A DNA stretch of 64,000 nt from Octopus bimaculoides (lineage: Eukaryota): contig NC_069004.1 of the NCBI RefSeq assembly GCF_001194135.2, forward strand, positions 23,477,146 to 23,541,145. The letters are read 5' to 3'. The notes under the pieces are model-generated. The model did no database searches. It was not told the DNA's origin and worked only from the letters and a program-made list of their open reading frames with translations. Below are positions 13,151 to 24,233 of the stretch, piece by piece. The stretch's first letter is position 1. Each line of letters begins with the position of its first letter. The translations under genes were made by a program, and so were the position numbers.

Positions 13151-13947
13151 GGACTAATGGGTATGTGTTGATTAGGGTGTTGAAGTGTTGAGCAGGGTAC
13201 TGGTGCACACACACACACACAGACATCTATTCATTCTACTGCTGATTGAGCGACCTGTTGTCATCATAGATGTTCCGATCATGACCATCCCCTATTTTCT
13301 GTTTTACTATATTCAGAATTACATTGTTGTATGAATCCCTCCATTTTTTTTTATTCAAAGATTCTTAGAAGTGATTATTTGAGGGAGATTTGACTGCTAT
13401 TTCTAGTCAATCAAGTAACTGTTTAGAGTTTCCTTTATTGGATGGTGGTGGTGGTGGTGGTGGTGGTATTGGTAGTAGTATTGATGATGACGATGGTAGT
13501 GGTGATGGTGACTGGCAATAGTGATATTGATGAAGGTTATGATGATGATGGTAGTGTGATGGGGATGTTGATGATGATGGTGTTAGTGGTGATGGTAGTG
13601 ATGATAATGATGGTGGTGATGGTGATGACGATGACAAAGAAGTTGATGGTAGTTAGTGGTGGCGGTGGTGTTGATTTCTTTTGACTTAGGCACAAGACCA
13701 GTTTCATGTTTATTATTTATATTTCTTTTTTAATATTTTTGGTTTTGTATCAGTAAACATTTCTTGTTGATTGTATTGGACCCAGTAATATTACTGGTAT
13801 ATTTTACTTTAGAAACCCAGGTTTGATGAAAAGGCAGAGTTGCCTCCACTTGAACTCAGAAATACGAGGCTTTGAATTAAAACAGCCAGTTATGCTTATG
13901 TAGTCTCTGCCCACTATCTCATCTCCACAGCCTTTAGAATATTGAAC

Positions 13948-13998
<51 letters not shown>

Positions 13999-14678
13999 TG
14001 ATTTCAAATTTTGGTACAAGGTCAGCAATTTCAGAGGAGGGGTAAGTCAATTAAATTGACTCTAATATTCAACTGGTACTTATTTTATTGACCCCAAAAG
14101 GATGAAAGGCAAAGTTGACCTTGGCGGAATTTGAACTCAGAACGTAAAGATGGGCGAAATGCCACTAAACATTTTGCCTGACGTACTAATGATTCTGTCA
14201 GCTCACTGCCTTAATAATAATAATAATAATAATGATAATAGTTATTCGTTTTAATAATAATAATAATGATAATAATAATAATGATAATAGTTATTTGTTT
14301 TAATAATAATAATAATAATAATAATAGTAATAATAGTTATTTGTTTTAATAATAATAATAATAATAATAATAACAATTGTCTTTATCATAGGCTCAAGGC
14401 CAAAAGTTTGGGAGAAGGACTTAATTGAATCCATCAACCCAGTACTTGTATAGTACTTTTGTTTCATCAATTTTGTTTTGATGGAAGGCAAAGTTGACCT
14501 TGGCAGGATTCGAACATAAAGAGCTGGAAGCTATTTTGTCCTATGCTCTAAAGATTCTTGCAAATCCATTGTGTTAATCGTAATATTAATTTAGTAATTA
14601 TTGTGATGGCTTATTGATTTCTTTAGGAATTCAATTTAGCAAAAAAAAAAATGTTTTTTTTTCTTATATAATTTCTGT

Positions 14679-14684
14679 TTTATT
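14679..14684 (-). promoter_or_regulatory. Candidate polyadenylation signal of FaNaC
   Basis: AATAAA on the minus strand about 85 nt after the stop. The region is very AT-rich, so a chance match is possible. Confidence 0.3.
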
Positions 14685-14768
14685 GAAATGAAAAAAAAAT
14701 GTGAAAATAAAAAAAAAGGATTAAAAAAATTAATTCCCAAAATCCCTGCTGTCTTGGCAAATTCTACT

Positions 14769-16652
14769 TCAAAATGGTGATTCCATACTACTTTTTTGGC
14801 AGTCACAGTCATGGTCCAACATTCCATTTGTGACTGGGTCGGCATTGGGAATTTTCTTTTCCGAGCTGAAAATTAGCATTAGAAGTCTGGTGAAGAGTTC
14901 TATAAGCTCCATAATAGTCAGCACCGATATACCCATCCACAGACCCAGTGTGCCGCCAATGTCGGCAAACAGATCAGCCAGCTCGTAGGCAGGCATCTGT
15001 CGGAACTCAATGATACTGAGGTCTTCAAGGTAAACGTTCAGTCGCAGAAGGTTCTGTCGGATCATGTTTGACGCTCGGATTTGTTTCTCTTTGTCGCTTG
15101 AGTTGAGCTTTGCACTCACGTGTTCAATGAAGTCGTCTCTCGTTGCTGCAGGCTTTGGTGCCTCAGTGCTGTTTGCCAGCAACTGCGACAGTAAAGCCGG
15201 AGAATGCATCCTAGAGTTGGTGCTGTTGTTGTTATCGTCCACAGTGATATTGATCTCTTCCGGAGGTGGGGACTCAGGTGTGGGGACACTACCAAGATTT
15301 GACAAGTACTTAAGCATCTTGTAAGCATCATGTAAAAATGTCTCATTGATTTTATCGCCATAAAATGTTTCAAGGGCACTTAACTGGTTGAATTCTAAAG
15401 GCCAATAGGAAAGAGATATTGATTTTTGGTATGTGGTCTCTTGACATGGTTGAAAACAATTACATGAGCTCTCGTAAGCTCGGTTTATGGAAAATTCTTT
15501 GAGAACTCTTTCTTCACAGGCAAGTTCTGTCAAGTTGATTTTTGTGATGTTGTAGTTTTCTGGATTCTTCATCATATCTTTCCAATTCCATTTGTTCTCC
15601 ACTAAACCACAGAAAGTGAAGTTTGCCGATGTCATTTCTGGTAAATTTGAAGATCGACAGCCGCATGTGCTCATCACAATTCGCTGTTTACACAGTTCAA
15701 GACATGAGAAAACGGTGTGGATATATTTTGAGGAATTTTGAAGCCGGCTATTTTGGCAGTTGCCATAGGGATTTGAAAGACGTGCGTGCATAATAGTTTT
15801 CAAACCTACTGATGAAGAGTACCCTGGTGGCACGTCAAAGCCATGGTCTACTGGGCTCGGCATCGTGCTTGGTGGGTGAACAACCACTCTTACTCCAGCA
15901 CTGTGTTCAATGTTTGATTTTATATTGTATGAGCCATAGCCACCAACAGGTGGATCATCATTGTCTAACGAAAGAATTAAAGAAAGACCACTCTGAGGCC
16001 CAGTGGCATGTGTCAACAGGCTGGTGCCGGTCTGATGGCCGCTGTTGAATGTGTAACAGTTAAAATAATGTCCGTCGAAATATCGAGTAAAGTTTTGGAT
16101 GTTACAGATTTCCTGATTATACTGACAGTGTATGAGGAAATCATTGAGGTCCCTACCCAAAAGCTGGGCCTCGTCTGCGAGGTTCTCGTACAAACTCTGC
16201 ACCGTGAACATCCGGTCAGTCTGTGCACCAAAGTTATATTTGTCTATAAATCGCAGCCATTGTGTCAGTTCTGACGTGTCTGAACTAAGCAGCTCTTTGG
16301 TTTTCGTCAATGATATTGGTGCTATATTGCAAACAGTGATGGCAGGAAATTCCACATCCATACCATCTTTCATTTTAGAAACTTCTACCACCTGGAATTC
16401 CAGGTATTTCCGGACGAGAAGAGAGAGTTGCAGTGTGGCGGCAGTGAAGCCTACAATTACCATTAATGCCCACAGAACTTTTCTTGGGGTCTGTGTTGAT
16501 GTTGCAATTTTTGCCAGTCCGTGGGCATTGCTCTCGGCTGCCAATTCTGTGATGATGCTGAGCGCATTATAGTTCCGCCTGCGTAGCTGTTGCCTCATTG
16601 TGCGTAACTGGTTGCTGTTGAAACCCAGTTTGTCAAAGCCTGTTACCTTCAT
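14769..16652 (-). CDS. FaNaC: FMRFamide-gated Na+ channel (FaNaC), DEG/ENaC family; single coding exon, 627 aa from ATG at 16652
   Basis: Uninterrupted ORF with DEG/ENaC hallmarks: pre-TM1 HG motif (ESNAHGLAKI), TM1 (VLWALMVIVGFTAATLQLSLLVRKYL), FPAITVCN, Cys-rich thumb, and TM2 with GxS filter (DIGGTLGLWMGISVLTIMELIE). Long blocks match gastropod FaNaCs as I recall them (SAGVRVVVH..MPSPVDHG.D.PPGYSSSVGLK, SLSYWPLEF.QLSA, IRQN.LRLN.YLEDLS, C-terminal ESP[F/V]). The ORF-track start at 16691 is a TTG inside an intron-like pyrimidine tract. Confidence 0.96.
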   Translation of the reverse strand: MKVTGFDKLGFNSNQLRTMRQQLRRRNYNALSIITELAAESNAHGLAKIATSTQTPRKVLWALMVIVGFTAATLQLSLLVRKYLEFQVVEVSKMKDGMDVEFPAITVCNIAPISLTKTKELLSSDTSELTQWLRFIDKYNFGAQTDRMFTVQSLYENLADEAQLLGRDLNDFLIHCQYNQEICNIQNFTRYFDGHYFNCYTFNSGHQTGTSLLTHATGPQSGLSLILSLDNDDPPVGGYGSYNIKSNIEHSAGVRVVVHPPSTMPSPVDHGFDVPPGYSSSVGLKTIMHARLSNPYGNCQNSRLQNSSKYIHTVFSCLELCKQRIVMSTCGCRSSNLPEMTSANFTFCGLVENKWNWKDMMKNPENYNITKINLTELACEERVLKEFSINRAYESSCNCFQPCQETTYQKSISLSYWPLEFNQLSALETFYGDKINETFLHDAYKMLKYLSNLGSVPTPESPPPEEINITVDDNNNSTNSRMHSPALLSQLLANSTEAPKPAATRDDFIEHVSAKLNSSDKEKQIRASNMIRQNLLRLNVYLEDLSIIEFRQMPAYELADLFADIGGTLGLWMGISVLTIMELIELFTRLLMLIFSSEKKIPNADPVTNGMLDHDCDCQKSSMESPF

Positions 16653-16671
16653 ATGTCCCGGCTTGCTCGCT

Positions 16672-16697
16672 CTAGAATTGAAAGAAAACAAAACAGA
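16672..16697 (-). promoter_or_regulatory. 3' splice acceptor in front of the FaNaC coding exon
   Basis: Minus strand reads ctgttttgttttctttcaattctAG|agcgagcaagccgggacatATG: pyrimidine tract plus TAG, 19 nt before the ATG. Implies at least one upstream exon at higher coordinates. Confidence 0.7.
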
Positions 16698-16968
16698 TAC
16701 CAGTAATTAGTAGGAATAATCATAATAATAATCATAATAATAACAATAATGATTTCATATTTTGACACAAGGCTAGCAAGTTTGGGAGAGGGGATAAGTC
16801 TGTTACATCGACCTCAGTATTCAACTGGTACTTATGTTATCAGCTCCAAAAGGTTGAAAGGCAAAGTCCACCTCAGCGGCATTTGAACTCAGAATGCAAA
16901 GCATTTATGCCAGGGTGCTAATGATTCTGCAAGCTCGCTGCCTTAATAATAATAATAATAATAATGAT

Positions 16969-17001
<33 letters not shown>

Positions 17002-17330
17002 GTAATGATTTAATAATAATAATAATAATAATATTTTATTATATAGGCACAAGGCCTGAAATTTTTTAGGGGAGGGAGTTAGTTGATTACATCAACCCCA
17101 GTGTTCAACTTGTACTTCGTTTATTGTCCTTGAAAGGATGAAAGGCAAAGTTGACCTTGGCAGAATTTGAACTCAGAATGTAAAGATGGACGAAATGCTA
17201 CAAATCATTTTGCTCAGTGTCCTCATATTTCTGCCAGTTTGCCGCCTTATATAATGCATACTTATTATGTATATAATGATATAATAGTAATAATAATAAT
17301 AATAATAATTACAAATTAATAAAAAAACAA

Positions 17331-17722
17331 GAGCTGGAACAGGTGGGAAAATACAAATTACTACAAGACAAAATTGCAAGAATGTGGGTAATAAGGAGAA
17401 TAATTATTATCCCAGTAATTGTCAGAACACTTGGGTCAGTAACAACCAGGTTTGAGGAATATGTCGGAGAAATTAGAATTGAGATGAGGTCAGAGCAGGC
17501 CCAAAAAGCTGCTGTGTTGGGAACAGCTAAGATTTTTGAGATTGGTGCTTGGGTGTTGAGTATCTTCCATGATAGTTAACATACAAGTACCAAGTCTTAT
17601 AATCTGTGGAAAGAGGACCTGTGAGACCAACAACAACAGGTTGCTGTCCACTCTCACAGAATCAACTGGAGCAAGTAAGACCGAGAGCTCCGAGAAGTAA
17701 AATGTAACAATAATAATAATAA
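17331..17722 (+). mobile_element. 5'-truncated RLE-type non-LTR retrotransposon (R4/Dong/Hero-like C-terminus) in an (AAT)n array
   Basis: EQVGKYKLLQDKIARMW..IIPVIVRTLGSV..QKAAVLGTAKIF matches the RLE C-terminal pattern (EK.KY.DL..E..R.W..V.P..IGALG..QKA.LLGTA.I). A short 3' UTR ends in (aat)n, and (aat)n lies upstream. Confidence 0.75.
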
Positions 17723-18447
17723 TGATGATAATGGTTCAAATTTTGGCACAAGACCAGCAAGTTTTGGTGGGGGATAGTCAATTACATCGACCCCCAGTGT
17801 TCAACTGGTACTTATTTCATCGACCCCGAAAGGATGAAAGACAAAGTCAATCTCAGCAGAATTTGAACTCAGAATGTAAAGATGGACAAAATGCCATTAA
17901 GCATTTTGCTCAGCATGTTAACGATTCTGCTAATGATAATAATAATAACAACAATTATGATAGTAATTCTTTCTAATTTTGGCACAAACTCAGCATTTTG
18001 GTGGGGAAGGCCAATTACATTGAACTTAGCAGCTGATTGGTACTTTATATCACCTACCCTGGTACTTGACTGGTACTTCATTTTATAAACCCCAGAAAGA
18101 TAAAAGGGGAAGTTGACCTTGATGGTATTTGAGTTTAGAATGTGAAGACAGAAGAAATGCTTGTTTAGCATTTTGTCTGGGATGCTAAGGATTCTGCTAG
18201 CTTTGCTGCCTGAATAATAATAATAATAATAATAATGATAAAGACTACAACCAGACCCCATAACAAAAATGACAATAAAAAAAGAACATGCAATCCTGCA
18301 CATATCCCAGCAACATGGAGGTGTAGCAGGTGATGCAGTAGAAATTCACCTGAAACTACCAAATGTTTAATAACAACAACAACAATAATGATAACAACAA
18401 CAACAACAATAATAATGTTTCAAATTTTGGCACAAGGCCAGAACAGT

Positions 18448-18482
<35 letters not shown>

Positions 18483-18718
18483 TAATAATAATAATCCTTT
18501 CTACTGGAAGCACAAGGCCTCAAATTTGGGGAAAGAGATTAAGTTGATTACATCAACCCCAGTGCGTAACTGGTACTTATTTGATTGGCCCTGAAAGGAT
18601 GAAAGGCAAAGTCGACCTCGGTGGTGTTTGAACTCAGAATGTAAAGAAAGGCGAAATACCATTAAGCATTTTTCCCAGTGTGCTAACGATTCTGGCAGCT
18701 TGCCGTCTTGTAGTAGTA

Positions 18719-18779
<61 letters not shown>

Positions 18780-18880
18780 TTTCATTTATTTGCCACCAGG
18801 GTGAAGGATGAGGGAGGCAGTACAAAGACGACACAAAGTGTGTGTGTGGGGGTTTACTTCTAATGAAAAAATGAATAACA

Positions 18881-19104
18881 GGCGTAGGAGTGGCTGTGTG
18901 GTAAGTAGCTTGCTTACCAACCACATGGTCCCGGGTTCAGTCCCACTGCGTGGCACCATGGCATCTACCAAATCCACTCACAAGGCTTTGGTCGGCCCGA
19001 GTCTATAGCAGAAGACACCTGCCCAAGGTGTCATGCAGTGGGACTGAACCCGGAACCATGTGGTTGGTAAGCAAGCTACTTACCACACAGCCACTCCTGC
19101 GCCT
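18881..19104. mobile_element. Inverted dimer of SINE A heads
   Basis: A plus-strand head (18881-18958) is followed by a minus-strand head (~18962-19104), giving ~78-bp near-perfect inverted arms. ataaca lies on both flanks. Confidence 0.85.
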
Positions 19105-19395
19105 ATAACAAGATTTCATAATTTTTTGGCGGGGGAGGGGTGCTGGGTAGGCGTGTAGTTAATCTAATTAACCTCAGTGTATAAACTTGTACTTTATTCT
19201 CAAGTACTGGGAAAGGATGACAAGTATGTCACTTTTCTTCATTAGAGTAAAAACCTAAAAAGTTTTTCTTCATGGTTTAAAAATATTTCATCTAAGAAGC
19301 CATTCCTTTACTTTCAGTTTACTATCACCCCTCCCCCTCCCCCTACTACTACCACTACTACCAATACTACTACTACTACTTCTACTACTACCACC

Positions 19396-19430
<35 letters not shown>

Positions 19431-19905
19431 CACTACTACCACCAATACTACTACCACCACTACTACTACCACCACCACTACTACTACCACCACCACCACC
19501 ACTACTACTACTACCACCACCACCACCACCATGACTATTTTGATTATCATTACTATTATTATTATTACCATTATTCTTCTTCTTATTCTTATTCTTATTG
19601 TTATTATTATTATGGCATCTAAATTTGGTCTGATGTTCTTTATCCTGTCTCCTCATTCCTATATGATTGGTGTAAGAATAGATAAGACCAAGAAAGAACC
19701 AGCAAAATAAAATAATATAATACACAATGTTATGCTGGTTTTTTTTTTGTTTTGTTTTGGTTTTTTTTCTCTGGAGGCGCTAAAACAATATTTCTTAGAC
19801 AGAATCTTAATATTGTTTGGAAAGACTTTCTAAATTGGTCAAGTGAGATGAGAAAGAGAGGGAAAGAGAAAAGACGATTGACTACCTGTGGCATAAAAAT
19901 TGGTA

Positions 19906-19953
<48 letters not shown>

Positions 19954-20566
19954 TCTTAGCCTCTGCTGGTATTTTTTATGCTCCATATATTTGACGTGTT
20001 TGTCTCAGCAATTGCATACATCCTTACATGTATGTGTGTGTGTGTGTGTGTGGATATATTTAGATATAACTTTTATATTCATTTCATGTACATGCATATA
20101 AAAAAAATATATATTTGTGTATGTGTGTGTGTATATATATGTGTGTATATATATATGCATATATAAATATACAATACATATATATATATATGTATTATAT
20201 ATTTATATATGCATATATATACATATACATTTATATATATACACACATGTGTGTATGTATAAATATGCATGTGTGTATGTGTGTATATATGTATGTGTGC
20301 ATATATGTGTACACACACACACANNNNNNNNNNNNNNNNNNNNNNNNNNNNNNNNNNNNNNNNNNNNNNNNNNNNNNNNNNNNNNNNNNNNNNNNNNNNN
20401 NNNNNNNNNNNNNNNNNNNNNNNNNNNNNNNNNNNNNNNNNNNNNNNNNNNNNNNNNNNNNNNNNNNNNNNNNNNNNNNNNNNNNNNNNNNNNNNNNNNN
20501 NNNNNNNNNNNNNNNNNNNNNNNNNNNNNNNNNNNNNNNNNNNNNNNNNNNNNNNNNNNNNNNNNN

Positions 20567-20621
<55 letters not shown>

Positions 20622-20926
20622 GCATGTGTCCATAAGTGTACAGAAATAATATACACGACATGAATTTGAATATATATTTATAAGCACACAGGTACACACA
20701 CACACTCAAAAAATGTTTTTTTGAGAAGCTTTGATAAAATTTCAGAGTGGATGAACAAGTTATATATTTGTCTGTACAGATATATACACATGAGGTACCT
20801 CCATATTTTATGTATATGCATCTTTGGCTATTGGACTCCTGTATTTTTCTTTCTCTTTCTCTAATTGATATACATAAACACATACCTACATACATACATA
20901 CATACATACATACGTATGTATGTACC

Positions 20927-21360
20927 TATGCTGAACTATTGAAGAATCTGCAGTTATTCTATCCAGTTACTCTATCAGATTGATACCTGTAATTAATTGA
21001 GGTACTGATATATGTAACATACCACTCTTGAGAAATTAGGTTTCTCAAAACCAGAACGGAGAAAGCTGATTCAAAGACTACAGATCCCATACATCACAGA
21101 AATTATAAAAATTTGTAAATCTTTCCAGTTGTTTATCATTTAGATATATATGATCATGTCTAGATATGTAGCTATATGCATGCGAATATGTAACATAAAA
21201 CAAAGTATATAAATCTGCATGTATACATACATACATACAAAAATACCTTGTTGATGTTGTTGAAATTCCAATGAAGGAGCCTTGGATCTGGGTTAGAAAC
21301 TGCCACTTTCTCTATCAGCAAGAAATCTTGAAATGAAGCTGAATAATTACATTCATACAT
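20927..21360 (+). mobile_element. 5'-truncated RLE-type non-LTR retrotransposon end in a (TACA)n array
   Basis: YAELLKNLQLFYP..(fs)..IPVI..(fs)..TLEKLGFSKPERRKLIQRLQIP..EIIKICKSFQLFII* resembles an RLE C-terminus. (taca)n lies upstream, and the 3' UTR ends tacattcatacat. Confidence 0.6.
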
Positions 21361-22378
21361 GCATGCATGCATGATGGAATTTGTTGCAGAAGATGCTTCT
21401 ACAGTCAGATGCCTTTCCTGTCACCTACCCTTACAAGGCAATATTTCCCCATGGTCAGACATGTTTTTGCAGAACATTGGAAATGGACGACATTGTTCGT
21501 ATAATGGAGATACTCATTTACAATTATCATGCAATGGCAAGATGTTAAGACAAGGAAATGCAATCATGCCCCATCCCACATGGGCTTCTTACAGTTTCAA
21601 TCTTCCAAATCCACCACAAGCCATTGGTTGGACCATGGCTATAGAAGACATTTGCTCAAGGAGCTGCATGGTGGGACTGAACCTGAGACCATGTGGTTGG
21701 GAGGCAAACTTTCAAACCACATGACTACTCCTGTATTTATAGAGTGATTGTTTGGTAGTGTTGGTTAACTTGTAGAAAAACGAGAGGTATGGGGTGGTGG
21801 TCATGGCGGTAATACGACATCTAAAAGACAAAAAGAGAATTTGATGGAATGGATTTTACAACTTGCGTGTAGATGTGTCAGATTGCATGGCAGCATCATT
21901 ATATATACAAACGTCCATACAAATATAAAAAGGAGACAGTTTTTACCCACCGCACCCTCTCTATATATGCTTGTGTGTGTATGTACATATATGTGTGTGT
22001 TATATTTATATATAAATATATATGTATATATGTGTGTGTTTACATTATATATATATATGNNNNNNNNNNNNNNNNNNNNNNNNNNNNNNNNNNNNNNNNN
22101 NNNNNNNNNNNNNNNNNNNNNNNNNNNNNNNNNNNNNNNNNNNNNNNNNNNNNNNNNNNACGTGATATGGATAGTATTATTGGACGCTCAGGAAAGGAAA
22201 GAGAGAATGAAGAACACATTTTTAATAACTTCGTATTTTGATATTGATGGTGGTGATGGTGGTGCAGAGAAAGGGAGACTCTATCTGAAACACTACAATA
22301 TTGAATCAGATTAATGGCTGTTTCGCTGGTGCTCCTTTGACATTTAGGGGTGGGATGTCTAAAGGGGTCAGTACTTGC

Positions 22379-22481
22379 CTTCCTCATCTTTCAGAGTGTT
22401 ATGTGTATTGTTAGCTTCATTTTTTTATCCTCTACAAATGGAGCCTGCTCTGCTTGTTGTTCTTGTTCCCAGAAGGGAACG
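22379..22481 (-). other. Candidate non-coding 5'-UTR exon of FaNaC with GC-type donor
   Basis: Minus strand: ttttactaaatttttttttaatatttcAG|cgttccc...gatgaggaag|GCAAGT. Strong acceptor and textbook GC-AG donor in unique sequence. All three frames contain stops. Confidence 0.3.
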
Positions 22482-22754
22482 CTGAAATATTAAAAAAAAA
22501 TTTAGTAAAAGTGTGTGGTGCTTTGTGTGCACACATCTTTTGTCTTTTACTGGTTCCATATATTGGGCTGTGGCCATGCTGGAGCACTGCCTTGAATGGT
22601 TTTAGTTGACTGAATCAACCGTAGGACTTAGAAGTTCTTAATTTTAATTCTTATTGTATCATTCGCTTTTGCCAACCTGCTAAGTTATAGGGGATGTAAA
22701 CCCCCCCCACCAAGAAAAGGACTTTGTAGAGGGCAGACTCAAAGATGCACACAC

Positions 22755-23112
22755 ATATCGTGATGGCACCTGTGCCCTGCGTCACCTTCCTGGCACTTGT
22801 GCCAGTGGCACGTGTAGAGACCTTCAAGCGAGATTGTTACCAGTGCCGCTGGACTGGCTCCTGTGCAGGTGGCATGTAAAATACACCATTTTGAGCATGG
22901 TTGTTGCCAGTACCACCTGACTGGCCTCCGTGCCGGTGGCACGTAAAATCACCAATTACACTCTCGGAATGGTTGGTGTTAGGAAGGGCATCCAGCTGTA
23001 GAAACTCTGCCAGATCAGATTGGAGCCTGGTGCAGCCTTCTGGCTTGCCAATCCTCAGTCAAATCGTCCAACCCATGCTAGCATGGAAAGCAGACGTTAA
23101 ACGATGATGATG
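22755..23112 (+). mobile_element. RTE-type LINE 3' end (family D), longest copy
   Basis: Contains ggttggtgttaggaagggcatccagctgtagaaac and ends ccatgctagcatggaaagcagacgttaaac(gat)n. Other copies at ~5640-5690(+), 6280-6400(+, internal ggtgccacgtaaaaagcac repeats), 12683-12725(-), 24308-24460(+), 28185-28350(+), 32360-32555(+), 40055-40225(+), 41775-41960(-), 50010-50200(-), 62220-62345(-). Confidence 0.7.
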
Positions 23113-23565
23113 ACACATGTACATACATAAACTACACATGTAATATATATANNNNNNNNNNNNNNNNNNNNNNNNNNNNNNNNNNNNNNNNNNNNNNNNN
23201 NNNNNNNNNNNNNNNNNNNNNNNNNNNNNNNNNNNNNNNNNNNNNNNNNNNNNNNNNNNNNNNNNNNNNNNNNNNNNNNNNNNNNNNTATATATACCCTG
23301 TGTATATTGTTTATCTTATCTAAGGTCCTGGTAGTGTATAAATGTAGGGTATTTCCTGAACTTTGGGCTGTTTACACTGTCAGATTTCAGACAAATACTG
23401 AAATTCTTCAGATGTAGAAAATCCTGGTTTCACAACAGTAAAACTGTTGTGTGGGTTTAATGAAGAGTGAAATACAATCTAAATAATAAGACAAAGATAT
23501 ACTTTAATGTATCCTTAACGATCAGTTACAATTGTTTCTGTAACCAACTCTGCTTGCAATACCAG

Positions 23566-23646
23566 TTTACATAAAAGTTGGAAGTGAATATTTACTTTTT
23601 ATTTCCTCCCGATATAAGCAAAAACAAAGTCTGGAGGACGCATTAT
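23566..23646 (+). CDS. Candidate 81-nt coding exon (YIKVGSEYLLFISSRYKQKQSLEDAL)
   Basis: ataccAG| acceptor, |GTAAGT donor, open frame, phase 1/1. Phase-compatible with the 25630 exon. Confidence 0.25.
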
Positions 23647-24194
23647 GTAAGTCTGAAACCGTAAATATGTAAACTTTCACTTCAAACTTTTGCTGAAACA
23701 TGTTTGTATGCTTCCACTGTTGGTTGCATATCCTTGACGTTTTACAAATTACATCTTCCAACATTATGAAGCAATTCCGAGCCCCCAGAAATAACTGTCA
23801 GACATATGACACCATACCTTCTCCTCTTAATTTGTTGCATCTTTGTACTCTGTTTAAGTTTGCTCTGTTAATATATAAATATCTGTATGAATATTCATCA
23901 TCTGAATGTCTTCAGTCTTTGTTTTCTTTCTATTTACACACACACACACACACACACACGTGTGTGTGCGTGTATGTATGTATATTTTGTATATCTAGCC
24001 CAACCGGTTTCATTTGCTTATTTGCATCGTTATTTCCATCCTTGCTCTCCTGGATTCCTCTTAAAACTATTCCTTACCCCACGAACTTAGTCCTCAATAA
24101 AGATTTCGGAGTGTAAGTTCAGATCATTTGAGCACTATGAAGTGCTTTCTATATCAAGCATCTCTGGGTCTCATTTAATTGAACTATGTATATG

Positions 24195-24233
<39 letters not shown>

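Larger units (their letters stand above)
14001..18709 (-). mobile_element. Cluster of co-oriented SINE family B copies flanking FaNaC (approx. 14001-14212, 14385-14515, 16752-16944, 17041-17248, 17731-17935, 17971-18212, 18417-18445 fragment, 18496-18709)
   Basis: Each reads on the minus strand aaggcggcgagctggcagaa..ctgagttcaaattccgcc (B box)..gtcgactttgcctttcatcctttcggggtcgataaaataagtaccagt..ccttgtgccaaaatttgaaa(tta)n and sits next to (AAT)n. Confidence 0.85.

Noticed and set aside
16653-16691. ORF-track N-terminal extension of FaNaC from a TTG start (MFSFNS..)
   Set aside because: It runs through the pyrimidine tract and AG of a splice acceptor. TTG starts are not expected in an animal nuclear gene.
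19288-19725. Gly/Ser-rich, poly-Val and poly-Asn ORFs
   Set aside because: They are translations of (ACT/ACC/ATT)n trinucleotide tracts.
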